Positions 12,543-23,109 are shown, counted from the first letter of the stretch. The stretch: DNA of 64,000 nucleotides from an uncultured Gemmatimonadales bacterium (GCA_963718005.1 CAVQXV010000003.1:63708-127707); one strand, 5' to 3'. The notes: a model not told the origin generated them from the letters alone. Translations and numbers: made by a program.

Positions 12543-14428
12543 TCAGGTCTGCACTTTCCCGAGCGCCGTGGCCAGCACCTGCCTCAGCTCGGCCAGCTTG
12601 AAGGGCTTGTGCAGCACCGGCCGGCCGGCGGCTTCGAGAAACGCCAGCGTGTCGTCGCGCACGGTGTCGCCGGTCGAGAACACTACCCGCTCGGCCACGG
12701 CCGGGGCGTCGCGGTGCAGCCGCTCGTACAGCTCCCGCCCGCTCATGTGCGGCATCCGCACGTCGGTGATGATGAGGTCGTAGCCGCCCTCGAGCGCGCG
12801 GGCGACCGCCGCCTCGCCGTCGGTGGCCACGTCCACCTCGTGGCCCCACGCCGTGAGGGTGGCGCGCATGTAATGGAGGATGTGAGGCTCGTCGTCCACC
12901 AGGAGGATCCGGCCCGCCGTCGGGCTCGGAGCGTCCGGCACGGGGACCGTGGGCGGCGTCAGGCAGGCGGCGGGCAGCTCGACGGTGAAGGTGGCGCCCT
13001 GGCCTAGGACCGACTGGAGCGTGAGGCGCCCGCCGTGCTCCTTCACGATGCCCTGAGCAGATGGAGAGGCCGAGGCCGGTGCCTTCGCCCTCGGGCTTGG
13101 TGGTGAAGAACGGCTCGAAGACGCGCTGGTGCAGGTTCTCGGGAATGCCGGGGCCGTCGTCGGTCACGTCCACCGCGACGCCGTCGAGCCGGCGGCGCGC
13201 GTGCACCAGCACGCGGCCCGGCCGGCCCAGCGGACGCGATGGCCTGCGCCGCGTTGTTGGCGAGGTTGAGGAACACCTGCTGCAGCTGGTTGAGGTTGCC
13301 GTCCACCTCGGGGAGATCGGGGTCCACGCTCAGCTCGATGTCCACGTGCAGGCCGAGCAGCTGGTTCCGGAGCAGGGCGATGGTGCGCTCGAGGACGGTG
13401 CCGACGGCCAGCTGGCGCCGGTCGCGCTCCTGGCGGCGGGCGAAGGTGAGCAGGTTTCGCACGATCATGGCCGCGCGCTGGGCTTCCTGCTGGATCACGC
13501 GCAGCGGCTCCGCCAGATGCGGGGGCACGTCGCCGCTCTCCACCAGGTAGTCGGCGAAGCCCAGCACCGACGCCAGCGGGTTGTTCAGCTCGTGCGCCAC
13601 GCCCGCGATCAGCTGGCCGATGGCGGAGAGCTTCTCCGACTGGATCAGGTGGTCCTGGAGGCGGCGGGTCTCGGTGTGATCCTCGATGATCACGACGGCC
13701 GACTCGTCGTCCTGGCCTTTCAGCGCGAGGGCGCTGGCCGAGTAGAGCCGTCGCTCCTGCCTGATCTCGGCCGTCCCGGCGAGCCCCGGCGTGGCGATGG
13801 CCGCCCGGATCGGCTCGATCCAGGCCGGCGGCAGCAGCGCCGACCACGGGCGGCCGGGCAGCGCCGTCACCGGCGTGCCCACCAGCGCCGCGAACGAGCG
13901 GTTCGCCCTGCGGACGAGGCCGCGCCCATCCACGATGCAGATGGCGTGACCGATCGCGTCCGCCATCTCCTCCCACTCGCGCTTGCCGGCCGAGAGGAGG
14001 GAGAAGAGCTGCGTGTTCTGCAGGGCGAGGGTGACCTGGGCGGCGGCCGCGGCGAGCAGCGGCTCGGCGGCGGCGGTCCACGCGCGCTGGCGCTTGCCCC
14101 ACAGCACCAGGCAGCCCATCGAGTGGCCCGCCGCCTCGAGCGGCGCCCCCATCCGGGCCGGATTCGCGGTGCGCACCACCCGATCCGCCTGCTGGACCTT
14201 CTCGACGAACGGATCGAACGGCGCGGGCGGCGGGTCGCCGCGGGCGGCGGCCGGCGCCTGGCGCGCGGGGTCGTCGGTCGCCGGGAACATCACCAGCACG
14301 GCCGCGGGGTCGAACAGGCGCTCGAGCAGGTCGGCGGCACGCTCCGCGACGGTCTCGCGGCGCGCGGCGCCGCTCAGGCCGCGGGTGAACTTGGTCAGCT
14401 CGTCGAGAGCGGAGAGCGTCTCGGTCAG
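12543..14428 (-). CDS. hybrid sensor histidine kinase (GAF-PAS-HisKA-HATPase-receiver), two frame breaks
   Basis: H-box [20 protein letters not shown] boxes [32 protein letters not shown], receiver [10 protein letters not shown]...[14 protein letters not shown]...HKPF. Spread over ORFs 13043..14299, 12475..13212 and 12543..13046. The start is unresolved (in-frame CTG at 14428). Confidence 0.75.
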
Positions 14429-14552
14429 AGGACAGGCCTTTCTGGCGCAGCGGAGTTGCGGGAGACCGGAGCTGCAGCGCTCCTAAGTATGCGGTTGGCG
14501 CCGCCCGCGCAACCGTCCGCCGCCGCGCAGACCCGCAGGTCCGCGCCTCCGC

Positions 14553-16752
14553 TCACTGATCGAGCGTCAGGGCCACTGAGTACGTCCGCGGCGGCTCCAG
14601 CGTGCGCGGCACCAGCGTGTAGATGTAGTTGAGGGCGTTCGTCCACCTTGGTCACGACGGAGACACCGTGCCGGCGCCAGGTCAGCCGGAGGTCGAGGGT
14701 GCGCGCGGCCACGCGACGGTCGTCCTCGAAGATCTCCACGCGCGCGGGGCTGCTGGCGACGTGCGCGTCGAACCCCAGCGCCACCGTTCCGGCGCCGCCG
14801 AGGTCGCTCAGCCAGTCGGCGCTCAGCGTCGCGATGTTGCGCGGGCGGAAGGCGAGCGGTTGATCGGCGGTCAGGTCGCGGGCATCCAGCCAGGTCCAGG
14901 CCAGGCTGGCCGTGACGTGCCCGTCCACCAGGTCGCTCGCGCGGGCGGTGAGATCCAGGCCGCGCACCCGCGCGCGCGTGACGTTGGTGAACTGGATCTC
15001 CGTACCGCCGGTGACCAGCTCCGGCTCGATCAGGTCCTGGTACTCGCTCCAGAACAGCGCGGCGTCGATCAACAGATGCCGGGTGGCGGGCACCGCCGCG
15101 CCCACCTCGCCGGACCACGACGACTCGTTCTCCAGGTTGGGATTGGGAATGACCTCGATGCCCTGCGCCGCCGTGGAAGTGAACCGCTCGGCGAGCGAGG
15201 GCGCGCGGAAGCCTCGACCCACGCTCGCCCGCAGGCGCACCGGCCACCAGGTCCAGCTCGCGGCCAGGCGCGGGCTCGCGATCGCGTTCCACGCCACCGC
15301 GTCCACCGCGATGGCGTCCACGCGGGCGCCGAGCGTGACGTGCCCCGACGCCCCGACGTCGGTCTCGTCCTCGGCGTACCAGGCGAGCTCGGTCTGGCTG
15401 TGGTCGCCGAACAGGTCGCTGGTGACGGCCGAATAGGTGGCCTCGGTGCCGACGTCGATCACCCGACCCTCGCGCGGATGCCACTCGGCGCCCAGCTCGC
15501 CGCCCAGCCGGTCGCTCGTCGCCTGGTCCGAGGTGGTGCGGTACGCATCCTCGAAGTCGGTGCGGTACCACGACAGCCGCCCGCGCAGCGCCAGGTCGGG
15601 TGCCAGCGCGCGCCGCACCGCGGCCTGCACCAGGTACTTGGTCGAGCGGGTCCGGTCGCCCAGCGTCGTCGAGTCCACGCGGAAAGGCTGGTACGCCTGT
15701 CCGCCGTCGTCGCACTGGCCCTGTACGCACCAGAGCAGGACCTGGCCGTAGCTCTCGTCGGCGGCCGCCGCCACCAGCTCGGCCTGGAGCTGCGGGCTCG
15801 AGACCAGGACCAGCTTGGCGAGCGCGTGCGCCCGGCGGTCGTCGTTGTTCTGGCGGTAGCCGTCGTTGCTCAGCCCGCCGCCCGAGAGCAGGAGTTTCAC
15901 AGGCCCGAGGCGGCGCGACAGGCTGAGGTCCGCGCCTCCGAACAGGGCCGGCGAGGTGCGCCACCGCCAGGCTGCGTACGGCGGGTCGGCGTAGCCGCCG
16001 CCCAGCAGTCGGACCCGCAGCTCGAGGGGATCGGGAATGTCGCGGGTGATGACGTTCACCACGCCGCCCAGGGCCGACGACCCGTACAGCGCGCTCGCCG
16101 TGCCCTTCACGACCTCCACCCGCTCCACGTCCGTGACCGGCAGGAGATCCCAGTCGATGCCGTCGCGATCCGCCTCGTTGACCGGCACGCCGTCCACCAG
16201 CAGGAGCACCCGGCTCCCCAACCCCTTGGCGTAGCCCGACGAGCCGCGGATACCGATCTGCCCGTCCTGGATCTCCACGCCGGGAACGAGCGCGATGGCT
16301 TCCTCGATGCCGATGGTGGCGCGCCGCGCCAGGTCCGAGGCGGTGACGACCGAGACCGAGACCGGCGTCTCCTCCGCGAGGTGCTCCTCCCGGCTCGCCG
16401 TCACGACCACCGGCGAGACCTGGATCGGGTTCGCGGGCAGCACGACCACGACGGTCGAGTCGTCGTCGGCCCCGGCCGGCAGGGAGGCGATCTCGGGCTC
16501 GTAGCCGATGCGGGCAGCCAGCAGGTCGAGCCCGTCCACCGGGGCGCGCGGGAACTCGAAGCGCCCCGCCGCGTCGGTGGTCATGCGGAGCGCCGTGCCG
16601 ATGATCGCGATCGACGCGCCCGCGACGGGCGCGCTGTCGGTGGCGCTCACCACCGTGCCGGCGATCCGTCGCAGGGCCGGTTGCTGCGCCCGGGCCGCCG
16701 GGACCCCGGCCGCCACGAGCGAAGCCAGCGCGGCGAACAGGGCGCGCCTCAC
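14553..16752 (-). CDS. TonB-dependent receptor with carboxypeptidase-regulatory-like N-terminal domain, one frame break near 14640
   Basis: Signal peptide, then GTVVSATDSAPVAGASIAIIGT, plug VSVVTASDLARR...ALVPGV...RGSSG, VERVEVVKGTASALYGSSALGGVVNVIT. The C-terminus NALNYIYTLVPRTLEPPRTYSVALTLDQ is in another frame. GTGA overlap with the upstream gene. Length is 3n+1. Confidence 0.8.
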
Positions 16753-17264
16753 GGCGGGCTCGCCGCGGGCGGGAAGAAGGCGCTGATGCTCCGCAGCTGC
16801 CCGAAGTCGGCCACGATGTCGATGCCCGGGGTGCCGCCCGCGGCCGGCACCGTCACGGACCCCAGCTTCGTCGTGTCGGCGGGATTCAGGAACGAGCCGG
16901 CGGCCATCAGGAGCGAGGGCGCGGAGTTGACGTCGAGCGCGCCGAGCTTCTTCCAGACCACCAGCACCCACGCGTACGCGCCCGGCGCCAGCGGCGTGAT
17001 GCAGCACGTGTACTGCGCGGAGTCCGGGCCCAGCGGCAGCGGGTCGGAGAAGCCCGCGAACGAGGTGATCTGGTCGAGGCTGTCCGGGATGGTCTGGTAC
17101 ACCACGACCCGCACGTAGTCGGTCGAGTCGGGCACCGCGCCGAGGAAGTGCACGACGCCGCAGATCCCGGCCGTGCAGGCGGTGGACGACGGCACGGGAT
17201 GGAGGCCGCCGTCGCAGCCCAGGGCGAGGAGGAGCGGAACGGCCGCGGCGGCGGAAAAGCGCAT
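16749..17264 (-). CDS. hypothetical lipoprotein, first gene of the TonB-receptor pair
   Basis: Signal peptide with LALGC lipobox. Cys-containing 171-aa protein. Its stop overlaps the receptor GTG. Confidence 0.5.
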   Translation of the reverse strand: MRFSAAAAVPLLLALGCDGGLHPVPSSTACTAGICGVVHFLGAVPDSTDYVRVVVYQTIPDSLDQITSFAGFSDPLPLGPDSAQYTCCITPLAPGAYAWVLVVWKKLGALDVNSAPSLLMAAGSFLNPADTTKLGSVTVPAAGGTPGIDIVADFGQLRSISAFFPPAASPP

Positions 17265-17275
17265 GATCGGTAGTC

Positions 17276-17304
17276 TTGCCCCCGTCCGGCGCGCGCGTCA
17301 ATAT
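17276..17304 (+). promoter_or_regulatory. candidate sigma70-type promoter for the FmdB cluster
   Basis: TTGCCC-N17-CAATAT in the 67-bp divergent gap, about 12 nt before the GAAGGAGG RBS. Confidence 0.35.
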
Positions 17305-17331
17305 CCATGGCGCTCGAAGGAGGCCGACGCG

Positions 17332-17496
17332 GTGCCGACGTACGAGTACGAGTGCGGGAAGTGCGGGAAGCGGTTCTCGGTGGTCCAGCGGATCAGCGAG
17401 CACACGGGCCGGTCGCCGGCGTGCCCCAAGTGCCGGTCGCACGTCACCCGGCAGCGGCCCGCCGCCTTCTACGCCAAGACGGTGAAGAAGAGCTGA
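17332..17496 (+). CDS. FmdB-family zinc-ribbon protein
   Basis: VPTYEYECGKCGKRFSVVQRISEH...CPKC is the CxxC_CxxC_SSSS signature. GTG lies 8 nt after GAAGGAGG. Confidence 0.7.
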   Translation: MPTYEYECGKCGKRFSVVQRISEHTGRSPACPKCRSHVTRQRPAAFYAKTVKKS

Positions 17497-17514
17497 CTCC
17501 CCCGCGGCGGTCCC

Positions 17515-18084
17515 GTGTTTAAGCGCCTGCGCGAGGCGCTGGAGGCGGCCCTGGCGTCGGCGACGCCGCCGGCCGACCTGTACGACATCGCCGGGCGCAT
17601 GCGCGAAGCGCTGATCGAGGCCAGGGCCGGCCTCGGCGCGATGCGCGACGCGCTGGCGGCCTCGGAGCGCGAGCGGGAGGCCCTGGGCCGCGAGATCGAG
17701 ACGGCGCAGCGGCGCCGGGAGCTCGCGGCCGGCATCAACGACGCCGAGACCGTGACGATCGCCGACCGCTACCTCGCCAAGCACCAGGAGCACGCCGCCG
17801 TGCTGGAGCGGAAGGTGGCGTCGCAGCGCGAAGAGGTGGCGCTGGCCGAGCGCGACGTGGCGGAGATGACCGCCCAGCTCGAGGAAGTCACCAAGCGCAA
17901 GGGCGGCATCGAGGGCGACCGCTCGTCGCAGGCGGCCTGGGCCGCCCTGGGGCGGGCCGGGATGGACCGGCCGGAGCTGGATGCGGAGCAGGAGGCGTTG
18001 AAGGCGAGGATGGATCGCGCCGCGCGCGAGGCCGATGCCGACGCGAAGCTGGAGGAGCTGAAGCGGCGCATGGGCAAGAGCTGA
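17515..18084 (+). CDS. coiled-coil protein, possibly PspA/IM30-like
   Basis: 189-aa Ala/Glu/Arg-rich heptad-like sequence. The N-terminus MFKRLREALEAAL and overall layout resemble PspA. Similarity judged by eye only. Confidence 0.4.
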   Translation: MFKRLREALEAALASATPPADLYDIAGRMREALIEARAGLGAMRDALAASEREREALGREIETAQRRRELAAGINDAETVTIADRYLAKHQEHAAVLERKVASQREEVALAERDVAEMTAQLEEVTKRKGGIEGDRSSQAAWAALGRAGMDRPELDAEQEALKARMDRAAREADADAKLEELKRRMGKS

Positions 18085-18109
18085 CGCCCACCCTCTCGCG
18101 GGAGCCGAC

Positions 18110-18514
18110 ATGGCGATGGACATCAAGACGGGCCGCATGGTGTATCTCGGCTACGGCAAGTACTGGCGCTCGGACGACATCGTCGGGCTGCACCCCATCG
18201 AGGAAGGCCGGGGGCCGGGCCGGCGGACGGACGTGTACGTCTCCGGGAAGGCCGAGGCGATCGTGGCGTCGCGATCGGAGCGCGCCATCCTGCAGGAGAT
18301 GGTGACGGCGCCCGACGAGATCTTCCGGATGGAGGAGGCGCGCAGCGTCATCGGCGACCTGCTCGACGCGCTGCAGGACCTCTCGCCGCTGCTCCGTCGC
18401 GTGCTGTCGAACGAGGGACGCTTCGAGGTGGAGAAGTGGGAGGAGCGGCTGCGCGCCCTGCTCTCGCCGCCGGTCGAGGAAGAAGCCAGGTCCCAGTCGG
18501 ATCTGTTCACCTGA
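18110..18514 (+). CDS. hypothetical small protein, weak RemA/DUF370-like N-terminus
   Basis: MVYLGYGKYWRSDDIVGLHP...GRRTDVYVSGKAEAIVASRSERAIL loosely parallels the RemA pattern GFGN..S..RIV.IV.P...GRRTRAV...ILS. Its stop overlaps the next ATG (TGATG). Confidence 0.35.
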   Translation: MAMDIKTGRMVYLGYGKYWRSDDIVGLHPIEEGRGPGRRTDVYVSGKAEAIVASRSERAILQEMVTAPDEIFRMEEARSVIGDLLDALQDLSPLLRRVLSNEGRFEVEKWEERLRALLSPPVEEEARSQSDLFT

Positions 18515-20215
18515 TGCCCCGGCGCGCCGCGCTCGCCGCGGCGCTGCTGGCCCTCGCCGCGTCCGCGGCCCGCCTCGCAGCGCAGGGCGCGTGCGACGGC
18601 CGTCCCATCCGCACGATCCGGATCGACTCCCGCACCATCTTCAGCGCCGACGACAGCCTCATCCCCGGGTTCGTGCGGGGCCTGGGCAACGCCCTCCACT
18701 GGCAGACGCGCGAAGCCATCGTGAGCCTCGACCTCCTGTTCCGCGTGGGCGACCGGTGCGATCCGCGCCGCCTGCAGGAAACGGAGCGGCTGCTCCGCGC
18801 CCGTCCGTACCTGCGCAGCGCGCGGGTGGTCGCCGTGCCCACGGGCGACGGCGGGGTCGCGGTCCTGGTGGAGACGCGGGACGACATCTCGCTCGAAGGC
18901 CGGGTGCGGCTGGTCAGCGGCGGCGGCTACCTGCTGCGGCATCTGGCCCTCGGCGAGGAGAACGTGCTGGGCCGCGGGATGGCGGTGCGGGCCGACTACG
19001 ACAACGAGGGGCGCCGGCCGACCCTGTACGCCGACCTGCTGGATCCTCACCTCATGGATCAGCGCCTGGAGCTCGAGCTGGAAGGCGGGCGGTCCGTGGT
19101 GGGGCCGGTGGGCGAGGAGACGATCCGGCGCGCGTTCGAGAGCGATTTCGACCGGGTGGCCTGGCGCGAGTCGGTGCGCTACCGCAAGGAGCCCTTCGCG
19201 CTGGTGTCACCGGCGCTCGGCACGGTGCTCCAGCCGCTGGTCACGGTGGGCGGCGACGTGGGCGTCGCCACGCGCATCGGTGAGCCCGGGCGGCTGCGCA
19301 TCGTGGGGTTCGCGCTGTCGGCCGAGCGGATCCACGTCGAGAGCTCCCCGCTGGCGCCGACCCCGGACCTCGACTCGACCGCCGCCGCGCTGCTCGCCGG
19401 ACGCTTCGAGGAGCGGCGCCGGATCCGCGCCCACCTGCTGCTGGGCGCGCGCAGCATCCGGTTCGAAGCGTTTCGCGGCCTGGACGCCGTGCACGCGCTC
19501 GAGGACGTGCCGCTCGGGACGCAGGCGGGCCTGGTGCTGGGCAAGTCCCTGTTCGGCGGGGGCGGCCTCCAGCACGACTGGTTCGCAGCCATGGAGATCT
19601 CGACCGGAACGGACGTGCACCGGCGGCTCCTCGTGTTCACCCACGCCAAGGTCGAAGGGCGCTACCTCACCTCGACGGGAGGCTGGGACGGCGTCATCGC
19701 CGACGGCCAGCTGCTGGCCTATGTACTCGGTCCGCGCCAGACGACCGTGCTGTCGGCGGAGGCCGCCGGAGGGTGGGATACCCGCACGCCCTTCCAGCTG
19801 CTGCTGGCCGGCGCGGATGGCATTCGCGGCTACGGCGGCTCGGCCCTGCCGGCCGGCCGCCGGATCGTGCTGCGCGCCGAACGGCGCTACTTTCTGGGCA
19901 ACGTGCTGGGCTTCGCCGACGCGGGGATCGCGGTGTTCGCGGAAGGTGCCCGCGGCTGGATGGGCGACGCCGCGTTCGGCGAGAACACCGGGATGGTCGG
20001 CACGCTGGGCGCCGGCCTGAGGATCGCGGCGCCGCGCGGATCGCGCCGCACCTACCGGCTCGACGTCGCGGTGCCCCTGATGCGCGGCCTCGGCACCGGA
20101 GCTGCAGCTCGCCATCGGCCAGCAGTTCGGGATTTTCCACGGCGAGCCCCAGGACGTGGTGCGCAGCCGCGAGGCCATTTCGTCGGTCACCGTCTTCGAC
20201 TTCCCCCGTTTCTAA
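18514..20215 (+). CDS. Omp85/BamA-family outer-membrane protein with one POTRA-like domain, one frame break near 20100
   Basis: Signal peptide, POTRA-like IRTIRIDSRTIF...LLFRVGDRCDP...VAVLVETRDD, and a long beta-rich region. The true C-terminus ...VTVFDFPRF-stop (terminal Phe) lies in frame +1 relative to the track ORF 18436..21510. Length is 3n+1. Confidence 0.65.
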
Positions 20216-20226
20216 CGGAGCGTCCC

Positions 20227-21510
20227 GTGAGCCTGAGAGCGCGCTGGCAGGAAATCCGCACCGGGTTCGCGCCCCCGTTCTGGGTGGCGAACAGCACGGA
20301 GCTGTTCGAGCGACTGGCGTACTACGGGCCGCAGGCGGTCCTGGCCATCTACCTGCACGAGCACCTCGGCCTCACCGGGGAGCAGGCGGCGTGGCTGATC
20401 GGCTACGCCGGCTTCATCACCTGGTTCATGCCGGTGGTGGGGGGCACGCTGGCCGACCGGTTCGGGTTCCGCCGCACGCTGGTGGGCGCCTTCCTCATCC
20501 TCGCGGTCGGCTACTTCCTGCTCGGCTCGCTGTCGTCCGGCTGGATGGCGCCGGTGCGCCAGGCCATCCCGCTGTTCGCGCTGATGCACATCCTGATGCT
20601 GGTGCCGGCCCTCGGCCCGGCCGTCGTGAAGCCGGTCGTCGTCGGCACCACCGCCCGGGCGGCGAAGGAAAACGTCCGCTCGATGGGCTACTCCATCTAT
20701 TACACGGTCGTCAACGTCGGTGCGGCCATCGGCCCGCTCGCGGCGTCGCTGATCCGGACCAGCGTCGGCGTGGAGGACGTCTTCCGGGTGAGCGCCGCGC
20801 TCACCTTCGTCATGGCGATCGCCGTGCTGCTGTTCTACAAGGAGCCGGGACGCGAGGGCGAGCCGCGGGTCGCCAGCGTCGCGGTGGCGTTCAAGAACCT
20901 GGTGAAGGTCCTCGGCAACGTCCGGTTCGTGGTGTTCCTCCTCATCTTCTCCGGCTTCTGGGTGTCGTACTGGCAGCAGTACCTCACGCTGTCGATCTAC
21001 TGGCGCGACTACGTCAATCACGACACGAACGTCGATCGCATGCTCTCGATCGAGGCCCTGACGGTGATCCTCACCACGTTCCTGGTCACCTACCTGATGC
21101 GGAAGGTCCCGGCGTTCACGGCCATGATCATCGGCGTCCTGATCTCGAGCTTCTGCTGGCTGGTGCTGACGCTGGGGCACACCACGCCGTACCTGGTCGT
21201 GGCGCTGGTCGTGTTGGCGCTGGGCGAGGTGACGCAGGCGCCGCGCTACTACGAGTACGTCTCGCGCCTCGCGCCGCCGGGCCAGCAGGGCCTGTTCATG
21301 GGCTACTCCTTCCTGCCCATCGGGATCGGCTACCTCGGCGGCGGCTGGCTCGGCGGACGGCTGGTGCACTACTTCGGGCAGGTCGTGCATCGGCCCGCCG
21401 AGATGTGGTACGTGGTGTCGGCGGTCGGCCTGGCGTCCACGCTGCTGATGTGGATCTACAACGTGGTCGTGAAACCCGGAGAGCAGAAGACGGTCAGCGG
21501 AGGTCAGTAG
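20227..21510 (+). CDS. proton-dependent oligopeptide transporter (POT/PTR2 family, MFS)
   Basis: FWVANSTELFERLAYYGPQAVLAIYL and GGTLADRFGFRRT motifs with multiple TM segments. GTG start at 20227. Confidence 0.75.
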   Translation: MSLRARWQEIRTGFAPPFWVANSTELFERLAYYGPQAVLAIYLHEHLGLTGEQAAWLIGYAGFITWFMPVVGGTLADRFGFRRTLVGAFLILAVGYFLLGSLSSGWMAPVRQAIPLFALMHILMLVPALGPAVVKPVVVGTTARAAKENVRSMGYSIYYTVVNVGAAIGPLAASLIRTSVGVEDVFRVSAALTFVMAIAVLLFYKEPGREGEPRVASVAVAFKNLVKVLGNVRFVVFLLIFSGFWVSYWQQYLTLSIYWRDYVNHDTNVDRMLSIEALTVILTTFLVTYLMRKVPAFTAMIIGVLISSFCWLVLTLGHTTPYLVVALVVLALGEVTQAPRYYEYVSRLAPPGQQGLFMGYSFLPIGIGYLGGGWLGGRLVHYFGQVVHRPAEMWYVVSAVGLASTLLMWIYNVVVKPGEQKTVSGGQ

Positions 21511-21580
21511 AGTTCCGAGACGCCCGTAAGACTGGTTGCGAGTTGCGAGACGCCGAGTTGCGAGTGGTTACGAGTCGTGA
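21511..21580. repeat. tandem GTTSCGAG word array (one-armed) directly after the POT transporter stop
   Basis: AGTTCCGAGACGCC...GGTTGCGAGTTGCGAGACGCCGAGTTGCGAGTGGTTACGAGTCGTGAGAG. No complementary arm was seen. Confidence 0.6.
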
Positions 21581-21592
21581 GAGAAGAGGTGC

Positions 21593-22174
21593 GTGCAAGA
21601 GGAGAGCGCGTCGTGGCTGGCCGGTAAGCGCGACGACGCGGCGGCGTGGGCCACGGGGCGGGTGTGGTGGCCGAGGGCGCTGCTGCTCGCGTATCTCGGC
21701 TACGCCGGCTGGCGGCACCTCACCGATCCGGAGTACGCCAGCATCTTCTCGGGCATCACCCTCGCCATTCACGAGCTGGGCCACGTGCTCTTCGGCCCCT
21801 TCGGCGAATGGCTCGGCATCGCGGGGGGCAGCATCACGCAGCTGGCCGCTCCCCTGGCGGTCGCCCTGATCCTCCTCCGACAGCGCGATTACTTCGGCGT
21901 CGCGGTAGGCGGCGCGTGGCTCTCGATGAGCTTGTCCAACCTCGCGGTGTACGTGGCGGACGCGCGGGCCGAGGACCTGCCCCTGGTCTCGCTGGGCGGG
22001 GGCGACGTGGTGCACGACTGGAACTACCTGCTCGGCAGCCTCCATCTCCTCGCGCACGACGGGCAAATCGCCGGGTTGATCCGCGCCGCCGCCTTCGGGC
22101 TGCTGGCGGCCTCGGTCGGCCTGGGCGCTTGGTTGTGCGTGGTGATGGCGCGCCGCAAGGCCGAGGGGGCGTGA
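21593..22174 (+). CDS. membrane protein with HExxH motif (zincin-like, DUF3267-like)
   Basis: Intact 193-aa ORF. HELGH sits in a hydrophobic context, followed by several TM segments. Confidence 0.45.
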   Translation: MQEESASWLAGKRDDAAAWATGRVWWPRALLLAYLGYAGWRHLTDPEYASIFSGITLAIHELGHVLFGPFGEWLGIAGGSITQLAAPLAVALILLRQRDYFGVAVGGAWLSMSLSNLAVYVADARAEDLPLVSLGGGDVVHDWNYLLGSLHLLAHDGQIAGLIRAAAFGLLAASVGLGAWLCVVMARRKAEGA

Positions 22175-22978
22175 GCGGCGGGGCGGATGCCGGCCCGGCG
22201 CTCCCGCCCCCGCCCGGCGCCGTCGTCGTCGCCCGCGCCGCGCTGGCGCGGGCGCTCCGCGTGCTGGTCTTCACCGGCGCGGGCGTGAGCGCGGAGTCGG
22301 GCGTGCCGACTTTCCGCGGCGCGGGCGGCCTGTGGAAGACCTTCAAGCCGGAGGACCTGGCGACCCCCATCGGCTTCGGCCGCGACCCGCGGCTGGTGTG
22401 GGAGTGGTACGCGTGGCGCCGGGAGACGGTGGCGCGCTGCCGGCCCAATCCGGCGCACCTGGCCCTCGCGCGCTGGATGCTCGCCCGCACGGGCGTGACG
22501 CTGGTCTCGCAGAACGTGGACGACCTCCACGAGCGGGCCGCGCTGGAGGTGGCGGGCGACGCGGCGGCCGCCGCGCGCGCCGAGCCCGTGCGGCTGCACG
22601 GGTCGCTGTTCCACGACCAGTGCACGCGCTGCCGGTATCGCGCGTCGCCGCGAGGCCCGGTGGATGCCACGAGTCTCGCCTCCCTGCCGCACTGCCCGGA
22701 GTGCGGGGGCCTGCTCAGGCCCGACGTGGTCTGGTTCGGTGAGACGCTGGCGCTCCAGGCGGTCGAGGCGGCGTTCGGCGCCGCGGCCGATGCCGAAGCC
22801 TGCCTGGTCGTGGGCACGACCGGCGCGGTCTATCCGGCCGCGGGCGTGGTGCACACCGCCAAGGCCGCCGGGGCCCGGGTCGTGGTCGTGGATCCGGGGC
22901 CTACCGATATACGACGGCCTGGCCGACGTGAGGCTGGTCGGCCAGGCCGGGGAGATCCTGCCACAGATCGTGGGGTAA
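22171..22978 (+). CDS. cobB: NAD-dependent protein deacylase (sirtuin CobB), one frame break near 22905
   Basis: GAGVSAESGVPTFRG, QNVDDLHERA, Zn site CTRC...CPECGG, VVGTTGAVYPAA. The tail DGLADVRLVGQAGEILPQIVG is in a second frame. GTGA overlap with the upstream gene. Length is 3n+1. Confidence 0.8.
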
Positions 22979-23109
22979 CGGCGCCGCGGCGCCGCCCGCT
23001 CAGCTCCCGCCGAGGATCGTGACGCCGAGCTCTGACGGCGGCAGGCGCTCAACGTGCGCGACCTGCGGAGTTCACTGGAAAGTGCCAACGTATCGCAGAT
23101 CGCGGGATG

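Noticed and set aside
14425-18138. 1237-aa minus-strand ORF, the longest in the track
   Set aside because: It is a chimera. Only residues from about RALFAALASLVAAGV onward (the TonB receptor, 14553-16752) look like protein. The N-terminal 460 or so residues are Arg/Gly/Pro/Leu-rich antisense translation of the plus-strand FmdB/PspA-like genes, and the 171-aa lipoprotein gene occupies another frame.
22171-22978. Sir2-domain protein as a possible anti-phage (Thoeris/DSR-like) effector, given its coupling to an HExxH membrane protein
   Set aside because: It is about 268 aa with the full canonical sirtuin set (GAGVSAESGVPTFRG, QNVDDLH, CxxC...CxxC zinc site) and no extra sensor or effector domains or partner ATPase. 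This fits housekeeping CobB.
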